Shown piece after piece: positions 27,598-37,500 of a stretch of 64,000 nucleotides of DNA. Source of the stretch: Myxococcota bacterium (GTDB lineage Bacteria; Myxococcota_A; SURF-8); the NCBI GenBank assembly GCA_963674735.2, contig CAXXQS010000002.1, forward strand, positions 128,001 to 192,000, read 5' to 3'. Position 1 is the stretch's first letter. Each line of letters opens with the position of its first letter. A program made the position numbers and the translations under genes. The notes below the pieces were generated by a model. That model saw only the letters and a list, made by a program, of their open reading frames with translations. It made no database searches and was not told the origin of the DNA.

Positions 27598-30446
27598 GCC
27601 ACCAGTGCCTCATTCAGTTCTTTCAACAACGTTCCCAACTCCTGCCCGAACACCTGAGAGGCCCGACCCAGACCACCGGCCTCGGCAAAGGGGGCATAAT
27701 CGAAGTCGTCGATTTCCATTTCCCAACTGCTGGCAATATGGTCCCGGATCATCGTCAGCCATCGGATCTGCTCGTCCGTAAAGCTCCGGCCTGCCGTCTC
27801 CTGCTGGGCCAGCCAGTTGTCGAACCGTTCCTTTACATGCTCACTCACCGGCTCCAGGACCGGCTCCTGCTTCAAGGCAAACTTCACCAACGACACCAGA
27901 TCCACCAACTGCCTCCGACCACTGGCCCCACGTACACGGGATTTCTCCATCGTCTCGTAGGCTCTCCACAACAAATCCGGTGTCCACGAACGGGGCGGAG
28001 CCTTGATGGCTTCGGACAATTCCTTAATGTCGGTAAAGGTCAACCGTCGTCGGTGAGGCTGGGCATAGAAGAACTGCAAAGCATCAATTTCGTCTTTGTT
28101 CTCGGCCAGGAAGGTTTCAAAATCCTGCACCAGAGCCTTGGCCTTTTCCTTGGCTTCCTCACTCACCCCGGCATACAGGACACTATCGATGCTGACTTCA
28201 TCAATCAGCTGCTCGAACTTCTGCTTCAATTCCAGAATGGTATTCCTGAGCTTCGGATTGGCTGCCAGGGGCTTGGCTGCTTCCTTCTTCAGTTCATCGG
28301 CCACAGCCTTCACCTGGGCCTCGGTCGGCTCGGCATCCTCCGGCAGGTCGTTTGCCTCCCGTGCTTTCTCTATCTGAACATCCGGGTCCACAGCATCCAC
28401 CAAGGCCCGGGCAATCTTCTTCAACGGGACACCCTCGGCTGCATTCCGAATCAGCTCCTGGTCATCCACCGAGAATTTCTTTTCCAGCCGGGACAGACGG
28501 GAGGCTATGGACGACAGCACATCCGGGTCTGTACCACCGGCAGCTACATGATTCAGCAGGGACTTGAGGGATTCGTATTTCTTCCGTTCCAGTGGATGGG
28601 TGTCACTGATTTCCATCTCCAGCTGACCCACACAATCCACAATGACAAAATGGGTCTTGCCGTTCTTGGCATCAGGAGAAACAGCCTTCATATCGGTCTT
28701 GGAAATCACCCGAACTCCACGACCCTTCATCTGCTCGAACAAGCCACGGCTCTTGACCGCCCTCATGAACATGACGATTTCAATGGGCTTGATGTCGGTA
28801 CCCGTGGCAATCATGTCCACCGTCACGGCAATACGAGGCTCGTAGGAGTTACGGAAGTCCTGAATCAGTTCCTTGGGCTTCTTGGCCGTGGTCTTGTAGG
28901 TAATCTTCTGACAGAAGTCGTTACCCCGTGCAAACTCTTCCCGGATGATGTCCACGATGTCTTCGGCATGGCTGTCGTCCTTGGCAAAAATCAAGGTCTT
29001 GGGGACTTCGGTTCTGCCGGGGAAAATCTCCGTGTACAGCTTTTCCTTGAAGGTCCGGACAATCGTCCGTATCTGGTCTTTGGCCACCACCTTCCGGTCG
29101 AGGTCACCGGCTGTGTAATCCACATCCTCGTCAGGGGTTTCCCACCGTTTGGCCCGGGTGGAACGGTCCCGGAAGGTGAGCATCAAATCATCGTTGGCCT
29201 CGATGATGGAGCCCTGTTCGGTGATTTTGGTCTTGATCTGGTAGACATCGAAGTCCACGTTCACCCCGTCTGCCACAGCCTTTTCGTGGTCGTATTCCAT
29301 CACCAGATTCTTGTTGAAGAATCCAAAGGTATGCTTGGCCGGGGTGGCCGTCAGCCCCACCAGGAAGGCATCGAAGTATTCCAGCACCTGCCTCCACAGG
29401 CTGTAAATGGAACGATGGCACTCGTCCACCACAATCAGGTCGAAGAACTCCGGGGGATAGGTTTCGTTGTACACCACCGGCATAGGCTCTTTACGGTCTG
29501 GAACGCCCTCAAACGCACTTTCTTCCTCCAGGGCAGGGTCGAGGTCGGGTTCCCCCTTCAACATCGAATACAGCCGTTGTATGGTCGTTATAGCTACCTT
29601 CGAGGAATCCCTGATGGAGTTCGATTGCAGGAGCTGGACGTTATACAGCTCCGTGAACTTCTTGTTGTCATCCGGTGTCCGAAAGCCCTGGAATTCCTTC
29701 TCGGCCTGCTCACCCAGATTTCTCCTGTCCACCAGGAAAAGTGTCCGTCTGGCTCCACTGAACTTGATGAGCCGGTACAGGGCCGTGATGGCCATGATGG
29801 TCTTGCCGGAACCGGTGGCCATCTGGATCAACGACCGGGGATGGTTCTGTTTCAGACTCCGTTCCAGATTGCCGATGGCCGTGAACTGGTTTGGGAACAG
29901 GAAGGATCGTTCCAGCTCCGGCAGAGTCTGAAGACGTGACCGGAAGGTCGAAGGTTGTGTATCGTCAGCAGCCGTGTGGGAACCGGTGGACTTCACCCAA
30001 TCGTCCAGATTGTCGGCTAACAGCCACTCGGCAAGGGTTTCGGGACGGTGAATCTGGAAGACTTCTCTGGCACGAGGATCGGGGTCAAGACCATTTGTGA
30101 AACGGGTTTCTTCCCCGTTGGCTTGATAAAGAAACGGCAAAGGTCGAACGGGAACGGAAAGGTTTTCAGGGAGTCCCTTGCTGTACTTCTCAGCCTGGCC
30201 TTCGACACCTGACAGGGTGAAGCCTTCCTTCTTGGCTTCCAGAACCCCCACGGCTTTCTGATCTACGAACAGCAGGTAGTCGGCAAAACCGTAACCGGTT
30301 GCCATCACGAATTCCCGAACAGCCACCCCCTGACCGGCATAGAGGTTCATCTCCTTCCAGTCTTGCACAACCCAGCCGGATGCCTCCAACTGGGCATCGA
30401 TCCGAACTCTGGCTTGAGCTTCAGGTTGTTGGGGGTCAGGTGTCAC
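27594..30446 (-). CDS. hsdR: Type I R-M restriction subunit (EcoAI/EcoEI-like)
   Basis: ADYLL..EAK, MATGSGKT, DECHRS, LTATP, QMKGRG. Confidence 0.95.
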   Translation of the reverse strand: MTPDPQQPEAQARVRIDAQLEASGWVVQDWKEMNLYAGQGVAVREFVMATGYGFADYLLFVDQKAVGVLEAKKEGFTLSGVEGQAEKYSKGLPENLSVPVRPLPFLYQANGEETRFTNGLDPDPRAREVFQIHRPETLAEWLLADNLDDWVKSTGSHTAADDTQPSTFRSRLQTLPELERSFLFPNQFTAIGNLERSLKQNHPRSLIQMATGSGKTIMAITALYRLIKFSGARRTLFLVDRRNLGEQAEKEFQGFRTPDDNKKFTELYNVQLLQSNSIRDSSKVAITTIQRLYSMLKGEPDLDPALEEESAFEGVPDRKEPMPVVYNETYPPEFFDLIVVDECHRSIYSLWRQVLEYFDAFLVGLTATPAKHTFGFFNKNLVMEYDHEKAVADGVNVDFDVYQIKTKITEQGSIIEANDDLMLTFRDRSTRAKRWETPDEDVDYTAGDLDRKVVAKDQIRTIVRTFKEKLYTEIFPGRTEVPKTLIFAKDDSHAEDIVDIIREEFARGNDFCQKITYKTTAKKPKELIQDFRNSYEPRIAVTVDMIATGTDIKPIEIVMFMRAVKSRGLFEQMKGRGVRVISKTDMKAVSPDAKNGKTHFVIVDCVGQLEMEISDTHPLERKKYESLKSLLNHVAAGGTDPDVLSSIASRLSRLEKKFSVDDQELIRNAAEGVPLKKIARALVDAVDPDVQIEKAREANDLPEDAEPTEAQVKAVADELKKEAAKPLAANPKLRNTILELKQKFEQLIDEVSIDSVLYAGVSEEAKEKAKALVQDFETFLAENKDEIDALQFFYAQPHRRRLTFTDIKELSEAIKAPPRSWTPDLLWRAYETMEKSRVRGASGRRQLVDLVSLVKFALKQEPVLEPVSEHVKERFDNWLAQQETAGRSFTDEQIRWLTMIRDHIASSWEMEIDDFDYAPFAEAGGLGRASQVFGQELGTLLKELNEALVA

Positions 30447-30720
30447 CGCTACGTTCCCTCCGTTCTGCTGAATTCGAGATTCGGATTCCCGGAGGAAAGG
30501 TCTGGTGTCTGGTCAGGTTGTTTCAGTCAATCCAAGGGCATCCGTATCCAAAATCGTCCATATCAAGTATCGCTAGCATACTGTTTCGGGCGCTCCAGGT
30601 CAAAAGAATTGTGTTGAGATACTGACGGGTTAAGCCTGTGTCAGAATATGTCTCACCTGCTGTCATCCTGCCCATTTTTCGTACTCAATACGCAAAAATC
30701 CACGCCATGAAAATTATTTG

Positions 30721-30749
30721 GCTTAGTTGGGGTTCCGTCTGGGTTGTTG
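30721..30749 (+). promoter_or_regulatory. Element motif copy 6
   Basis: gcttag ttggggttccg tctgggttgttg, 52 nt upstream of ATG 30802. Confidence 0.75.
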
Positions 30750-30801
30750 GGGTAGCGAACGATCAAGAATTGGAAACAACCGACAATCATGGAGAACGAA
30801 A

Positions 30802-31449
30802 ATGCCCTACCAGCCTTACAACGACGCCATCGAATACGTTGAGGATGAGCTTACCAGGTACTTGCCCACCAGGGCCGCCAGAATCAACGCTGAACGGATG
30901 GTCAGGGAAATGACTATCCCGGTTCCCGATAAACAGACCGTCGGGCAGAAACAACAGGTTTCGGTAAAGGAATACGAACGGCAGGCCCACTCGTACCGCC
31001 AACAGGAAGCCCAAATCCGGCATGAAATCGACGAACGGTTGGCAGTCACCCGTGCATCCGTCGGGGAGCCGGGAATTGCCCTCGACCGTCTGAACGGTGA
31101 TTTAAGCCAGGATGCACGGCTGATTCTGCTATCGCTTACCGCCATGGCCGTCGGCCTGTGTGACGAAACGTTGGGCGAACTTGGCGTGAGTTATTACGGA
31201 TCGGCCAGCGTGAACGACATCATGACCATCGTCGACGCCCACACCATCAGCGAAAGGTTGCGGATACGGAAACTTATCCTCGAGTTGACCGGTAAGGGAT
31301 TCATTATCCTGGATTACCCTCACGCCTCCTTTACGCCCGAGGAATTCAATTTCGTCCAGGCCAAGCTCAGCCGCAGGGCGTTCAGCGTCATCTTGGACGA
31401 TCCCAGTCTTGAACACGAGGGCGTCGTTTCCGACGAAGAAACACACTGA
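30802..31449 (+). CDS. Hypothetical protein resembling the winged-helix N-terminus of Afp15/Pvc15-like AAA ATPases, without an ATPase domain
   Basis: IDERLAVTR...ALDRL...LSQDARLILLSL pattern; GGAG RBS; no Walker A. Confidence 0.45.
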   Translation: MPYQPYNDAIEYVEDELTRYLPTRAARINAERMVREMTIPVPDKQTVGQKQQVSVKEYERQAHSYRQQEAQIRHEIDERLAVTRASVGEPGIALDRLNGDLSQDARLILLSLTAMAVGLCDETLGELGVSYYGSASVNDIMTIVDAHTISERLRIRKLILELTGKGFIILDYPHASFTPEEFNFVQAKLSRRAFSVILDDPSLEHEGVVSDEETH

Positions 31450-31461
31450 AAGGCTGTCATC

Positions 31462-31677
31462 ATGAAGGAATTCACGATCCAGGTTTTCAAGCACGGAACG
31501 GTTGGAGCTGACAACGAACACATAGTTCAAATCAGCGGCCAAGAAAATGGCCAGACAATCGGTCAGGTCCAGTTCCCCACCGGTGATTACGAAAACGCCC
31601 GCTATATAGCCGAAGGGTTTGCGGCATTGTCCGACGGAGGTTTCGACCTTTCCCAGCTGATTCAAAACGAAGAATGA
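31462..31677 (+). CDS. Small hypothetical protein
   Basis: 71 aa ORF in operon position. Confidence 0.6.
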   Translation: MKEFTIQVFKHGTVGADNEHIVQISGQENGQTIGQVQFPTGDYENARYIAEGFAALSDGGFDLSQLIQNEE

Positions 31678-31712
31678 CGTTCACGGCCAATAACGACAGG
31701 GAGAAAAGAACC

Positions 31713-32297
31713 ATGAGAACACTGAAATATGCATGCAAGAAGTTTGTCGAACACCTGAAGGCGACCGGCACGAAGGAAATCACGGCATCGAACTATTGGA
31801 GAATCCTCCAGTTGTTCATCGACTACCTCGGTCCGGAAAAGAACATCGAAGACATCACGGTCAGGAATGTATCGGATTTCTACCGGTCGAAACCCGCCAC
31901 GCACAAGACGCGGAAGGACGGCACGATGGTGCCCCGTGCCGAAACGTCGTATCTGCAAATCAAACGGGATGTCCGCTTGTGCCTTTGCTGGTTCCATGAA
32001 CAGGGATGGATTTCGTCGGTACCGCTTCCGCCCGACGAACGGAGGTTTCTGGAATCGAGGCCCGATAAATCGGAGAAAAAGTCCGAGTCCAAGACCGTCA
32101 AGACCCTGAAGGCCGATGGTTGTGAAAACATCACACCCATCACCGAACCGGACTCCGATGCCACGCCGGTCGCTATCGCCGAACCGCCTGAAATCGTCCA
32201 GAACGCCGTTTCCGAGCCCGGTATGGACGAGGACACCAGTTCGACCCATCTCGACGGCCAGGACGCCGATACGCAGCAGAAACTAACCCTGTTGTGA
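31713..32297 (+). CDS. Stand-alone phage-integrase N-terminal (SAM-like, core-binding) domain protein
   Basis: FVEHLKATG...TASNYWRILQLFIDYLG...IEDIT...VR....W..EQGWI; acidic tail in place of a catalytic domain. Confidence 0.7.
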   Translation: MRTLKYACKKFVEHLKATGTKEITASNYWRILQLFIDYLGPEKNIEDITVRNVSDFYRSKPATHKTRKDGTMVPRAETSYLQIKRDVRLCLCWFHEQGWISSVPLPPDERRFLESRPDKSEKKSESKTVKTLKADGCENITPITEPDSDATPVAIAEPPEIVQNAVSEPGMDEDTSSTHLDGQDADTQQKLTLL

Positions 32298-32599
32298 GCA
32301 TCACTGGGCCGCTCCAACCGGTTGAAACTTTGCCGGTTGGAAGCGACCCGGTTACAGACGGAGAATCCATAATGACGTTAAGCACACCATTCGTCTGTAT
32401 CGAAGGTAACTGGTTCGTGGCGGTCGAATGGCGGCCAGATGAACCGTTGCCAACCACGATGACCCTCCGGGCGTTGGACAAACAAGAGGTTGAATGGTTG
32501 GAGCCTCGATTAGTCGACGCCAGCGCGGACGCGTGGGCCAGGATGTTTCAGAACGATGATGCAATCAGGAACGGTGCAGAACCGTCAGATGAGGATTGA
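32294..32599 (+). CDS. Hypothetical protein
   Basis: GTGA overlap with the upstream gene; start uncertain. Confidence 0.45.
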   Translation: MSITGPLQPVETLPVGSDPVTDGESIMTLSTPFVCIEGNWFVAVEWRPDEPLPTTMTLRALDKQEVEWLEPRLVDASADAWARMFQNDDAIRNGAEPSDED

Positions 32600-32609
32600 T
32601 TAGATGTGG

Positions 32610-32822
32610 TCAGAACAGCTCGGTAACATCAACATCCAGGGCACGGGCGATTTTGTAGATGGTCGTGATGGTGGGATTCCGCTCTCCCCTTTCAATGCCG
32701 CCGATGTATGTCCTGTGGATGCCGATAAGGTCGGCAAACCCCTCCTGCGACCATTCCCGGTCTTCCCTCAGTTGCCGTACCCGGCGTCCAAATTCAATAC
32801 ATTCTGAACCTTGCTTCTTCAT
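32610..32822 (-). CDS. XRE HTH regulator, R-M controller (C-protein)-like
   Basis: FGRRVRQLR...SQEGFA...IHRTYIGGIERGERNP. Confidence 0.9.
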   Translation of the reverse strand: MKKQGSECIEFGRRVRQLREDREWSQEGFADLIGIHRTYIGGIERGERNPTITTIYKIARALDVDVTELF

Positions 32823-32844
32823 AGGAAGGATAATTCATTGAAAA

Positions 32845-32875
32845 TACTTGACAGTCTACAGACTATGAGTAGCAT
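32845..32875 (-). promoter_or_regulatory. C-box-like operator overlapping a divergent sigma70-like promoter
   Basis: Minus strand ATGCTACTCATAGTC-TGTA-GACTGTCAAGTA; plus strand TTGACA-N16-TAGCAT. Confidence 0.7.
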
Positions 32876-32957
32876 TCGTAATGAAGACTAAAAGTAGCGG
32901 GTGGCGACTCATTTGCCGTCGATACTTGCCCCAACTGGGGAAATAGGAAGGTTTGCC

Positions 32958-33818
32958 ATGAAATATGCAGTGGGAATTTGGATTATTGCGACGCTTCTGT
33001 TTTCCGGGTGCCATTCGGGGACGGTAACGACCCATGATGATCCCGATGGTGATTCTGACGGGAAAAGATTAGAGGATGGTGACGGGTCAATACCCGATGG
33101 TGATACCGAGAATGATTTAGAAAACGACGCCGAGGATGGAGACACTATCGAACTGGATGGGTATATCGACTCGGATGGTGATAGCGAAAATGCCGAGGAT
33201 GGTAACGACGTACCGGAATGGGAAACTTGCCCACCGGATGAAGAATATGCTGCCCCCCATTCTTGTGAAGACATGCAAGGCACCTGCCCGGATGATCAAG
33301 TGTGCCTTATCTTTAGCGATGACATCAGTTGGTGTCTTGAGTGGAACCTTAATGCTGGATCATATGGGTGGAACCCTCCGTTGGACAACCCCACCAAAGA
33401 AGACTACCCCGAACCTCCGGAAGGTTACAGCGGTCTTGGTTCTGGGGGCATCTGGTTAATGGCTTGTACGAACGACCTGTGGGAATGCGAAGACGGGGAT
33501 GTGTGCTGTGATGATACTACGGAGCTCTACTACCCCGAAGGCTATACATGGGGTAATCCCGCCAAAGGATACATCTACCAGTGCGACGCCGAACATGAAC
33601 TCCATCTCCTTCCGACGAATGGGTGGTGTATCATCGGTTATAGCACGACGCCTTACAGGCCGGATTACGTTGTGAGGGATCTGGAAGCCAACCCCGACAA
33701 CTACTGTGAAGTTTGCGACGTGACCATCAGCCAGACCGAATGGACGCCCCGCACCGAGGGTGTTGGTTGCGGACAAGGTATGGTCTGTGACGGTGAAGGA
33801 AACTGCGTGGAACAGTAG
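32958..33818 (+). CDS. Acidic Cys-rich lipoprotein with DGD repeats
   Basis: Lipobox FSGC; DGD repeats; paired Cys. Confidence 0.85.
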   Translation: MKYAVGIWIIATLLFSGCHSGTVTTHDDPDGDSDGKRLEDGDGSIPDGDTENDLENDAEDGDTIELDGYIDSDGDSENAEDGNDVPEWETCPPDEEYAAPHSCEDMQGTCPDDQVCLIFSDDISWCLEWNLNAGSYGWNPPLDNPTKEDYPEPPEGYSGLGSGGIWLMACTNDLWECEDGDVCCDDTTELYYPEGYTWGNPAKGYIYQCDAEHELHLLPTNGWCIIGYSTTPYRPDYVVRDLEANPDNYCEVCDVTISQTEWTPRTEGVGCGQGMVCDGEGNCVEQ

Positions 33819-33819
33819 G

Positions 33820-34158
33820 TCACTCCCGAATAAGTTCTATAACCTCACGCAGAGCGTCCCCGACAATCCGAACCTGTTCCCGTCGGTAGGCTTTGTCCTC
33901 GATTCGGGCCACGGCGAACGATTCGATGAGTGCCCGCGCCATTGTCCGTAATGTCCATGTCGGGTCATCGGCGTCACCGGTGGCGTATGGGATGTGAAGT
34001 TCTGTTGCTAAAGCCTCGATAAACCACCGGGCAAGAGTGTCGGCATCGTTATGGGAGCGGATGAATTGAAGCAGGTCGTTCAACCGGCGTTCGGATTCGT
34101 CCTGGTCGGCAGGGGCGGTCATGTTCAGTTCTCGGGCGTAATCGCTAAGTGAAAGCAT
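33820..34158 (-). CDS. Hypothetical protein
   Basis: 112 aa helical ORF with AGGAGGT RBS. Confidence 0.7.
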   Translation of the reverse strand: MLSLSDYARELNMTAPADQDESERRLNDLLQFIRSHNDADTLARWFIEALATELHIPYATGDADDPTWTLRTMARALIESFAVARIEDKAYRREQVRIVGDALREVIELIRE

Positions 34159-34167
34159 GGCAGGTAC

Positions 34168-34310
34168 CTCCTACCAGGATGTGCCGATAGCAATGAAACC
34201 GAACCGCACCCTCGAACCAACAAAACAAATCGAGAAAACGCTTTGCTGAAACCAGACGGTAGTTGACCCATGCCGGTGCCTTAACCGCCGCAGAAACACC
34301 CTTTCCGCTC
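34168..34310. repeat. Dispersed junction repeat, copy A
   Basis: caacaaaacaaatcgagaaa...catgcc...accgccgcagaaac...cgctc shared with 42165-42261 and 43190-43354. Confidence 0.8.
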
Positions 34311-34570
34311 AATGAATGATGTACGGGATGGCAGTCGAAACACATAATTGCTGGTTGGTTTGCGAGCTAAGACATGGATAAACTATGCGTGGCTTGAAGC
34401 TTGTTTTAGTTCAGTCCGGATAATCAATATCCTATCGAAACTTAATATAAATATTCAGAGCAATTGAATACTATTTTTGTTGACAAGGCATTTATGATTG
34501 TATATGTAATTAATTAGGACTGACTTGCCACACATACCGTCCTCCAATCTCAATCGCGGGAGAAACTGCC

Positions 34571-37500
34571 ATGCGTCTTGCTGTTGTTGTGTCTATTTGC
34601 TTGGTCCTTTTAGTGGTGATGACGCACGGAACCGTTTTTGCCCAAGAAACAGAATCCGAAATGCTGGAACTGAAAGCACTTAAAGATGCTTTCGGATATG
34701 AGGAAAACGACACGGACGAAATCCGCTGGCGTAAGTATACGTCCGCTCCTGCTTCGGTCAGGCAGGCATTGTGGAACCACCGTCTGACCCAGATAAATTC
34801 ATCCAAAACCGAGCAATTTCAAGAACGCATTGGGAAAGAAATACCCGATTACGTGGATGCTAAGGGTAAGGTAGCCAGTAAGCTTGAATCCATGTATGAG
34901 GAATCAGCTGGCGATTTGGTGGCTAAATGGAACGAAGTCTATGAATTCCCTCGACTGGTTGCCAACATCTGGCGGGAAGATTTGGCTGAAAATGAGGATG
35001 AAGCGCTGGCTTTGTTGCTGAAAGAACACGGACAAGATCTTGAAGAGCTTTTCGGCGTTCGTTTCGATGAAAACGTTTTTCTTACTCATACTGAAAGAGG
35101 CGGTGATGAAGTCGTCCGCTTTTTCTTTGAACACGCTGAATACGGTTACAAAGTTCCCAGAGAATTTATCGATATCACTCTTTCCCGTAGTCCCATTACG
35201 AAGAAATGGTACTTCCTGCAAGCCAGTGCCAAGCTTTCCTATTATGGTTTCTACCAGCCGAAAAGTGTCATTGAGCGGCATGAAGCCGGTACGTTGGCTG
35301 AATGCCAGAGTGATGAGAATCAGGCTTCTGCCGCTTGGCAAGAGCCGGTGTGGTGGCAAGGTGATTATCGTCGTTACCTTGTTTGGGCTTATAATATTAG
35401 TATCAATGAAACTCCCAAAGATATTGTTATTGATGTTGAAACTGGAGAAACTATTGCTACTTTGGGATATGGACAAGGGAATTGGATTGGGGGCAATGTT
35501 CAAGCAGAAGATATCTGGTCACACGATCTAAGAGATTATTTCAACTCATCTATTGATTTAAAACATGTTGGCATCTGGGCAGATGGTGGTAATTTTTTAG
35601 ATACTATAGATGCAAATGGGGATTGGTATTTTCAAAACGCTTACAGTAATACGACTGTAATTAACAGATTAACGAATCTTTTTTATGATTATTTGGGAGT
35701 TCCCCACAATTCTTTGTCTGAGCAGATTGGAATTCGTATTTCTGATGAGTACCAAATAAATTATGCATCCGATGTAACAAGTATTCCGCAAGGAACTAGT
35801 GGTTCATATGTTGCGGCGTTAAATGCTAGCACTAATTATCTTTATGATACTCTTGACAGTCAAGCATCAAACCCAGGTTCCTTGTCATGGGTCAATATGT
35901 ACTATAATGCACTTCTTGCTGTTGATACATTAAGAAGCAATGCATACAACACTTCCGACTTTGATGATAATCGTATTGATTATTACTCTCCGCTAAGCAA
36001 TGAGTCTGGAGCGAATGCTTCTTATGGCGCGCTTAACCACTGTATTATTACTTTGAATATCCCTACCAGCCCTTCTGCAGAATTGCGATGGCCAGATTTC
36101 ACTGGCCCCAATGGCGGAGGCGGAAAAGGCAGTATTCAAATTGCCCTTCATGAACTCGGTCATTGTTTACTTGGAACGGTTCGACATTTCTATGGTCATA
36201 ATTATTCTGGAGTATTTTCTCCTTCTGGAACTATTCGTTACGAAGACGATACCGATTGGGGACAGTGTTACGCTGGATCGCATAATCCTATTCCATGCTC
36301 ATTCGATATTGACTGTATAGTAGCTGGCTACAATAAGTGTAATCCCAATGATGGATACTGCCTTAAAGCCTGTAACGATGCCGATGATTGTGCCGAATAC
36401 TTTGGCACTTATGAAAGTACTTATTTCAGAGTCTGCCAAAATTTAACAATAGGAGGGGTGACAAATTCTTATTGTGGAATGAATGTTAGCAATGCATCTC
36501 CTGGGACGGCGTTTCATGATATGACGGCCGATCTTGTAAAGGATACATTCAGGCGCACACACTCAACCAATCTTGAATATGATGTCTATTTTAACAATCC
36601 ACTTTCAGAGAGTAAAAAATGGGGCGGTTTGGGTGAACCAAACGATGCCTGCCCCGAGGATTGTTATTCTCATAATCCTTACTGTTTCAGAATTTGGGCA
36701 CTTATTTTTCAACAACTTCGTTCTTTTGTCGGTTGGCAATATTTTCTTCCGATTGCTTTTGCCAGTACACTTGATGGGGGTATGAATGGCGGATTTGATG
36801 AAATTGCTTACCACTCAACAAGCAGTGATTTATTAATTCGTGCATTGTATGATGAAAATGGTGATAATCGTTCAGGAGTTGATCCTGTTTTAACGATGGA
36901 AATCGAAAAATCATATCGAAGTGGGTTTCAGGTAGCTTACAATGCGAATATGCCCATCGCGGATGATGTAACAGACGTCACCTACCATTCGATCTACATC
37001 AATCCCACCGATGGAGTGGACGCGTACGGAAACTCCAAGGAACATCTCTATCGGCGAAACCCCGTCACCAATAACAACGCAACGTTACGAATTCAGAATT
37101 GTCAGCGAAGTTCATCGCGCGACCAGGATCGCTTTGTTTTCTATGGACTACAAGGCATCAAGTATCGTATCGAAGGAGATGACAGCCTGTATGCCACCGA
37201 TGAGAATGCACTCGACCTGCACATGTATTTGTACAAGAACAGCACCTCAACGCAAGTTGGCTACAGTGACGACTATGCGTCCGGTGATAATCCGGTCATT
37301 TATTATACACCAACAGAAAATGGCTGGTATTACATCAAGCTTTTGAATACTGACCAAAGTGGGGTTGGACGATACGGTGTTCGGATCAAGACCTATAAAT
37401 ACAACTATATTCTCTCTAGCGATGACTATGCAAACGAACGTCTGGGAGCCTATCCGCTGGCGCGAGACAACCAACTGTCGGTTTCGAACTCATACTCCTA

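Noticed and set aside
27573-29939. 788-aa plus-strand ORF
   Set aside because: Antisense shadow of hsdR
34200-34246. KRFLDLFCW in the junction repeat as a C5-methyltransferase motif I relic
   Set aside because: All three copies have Trp where FxGxGG needs Gly, and no downstream PC motif follows; probably coincidental
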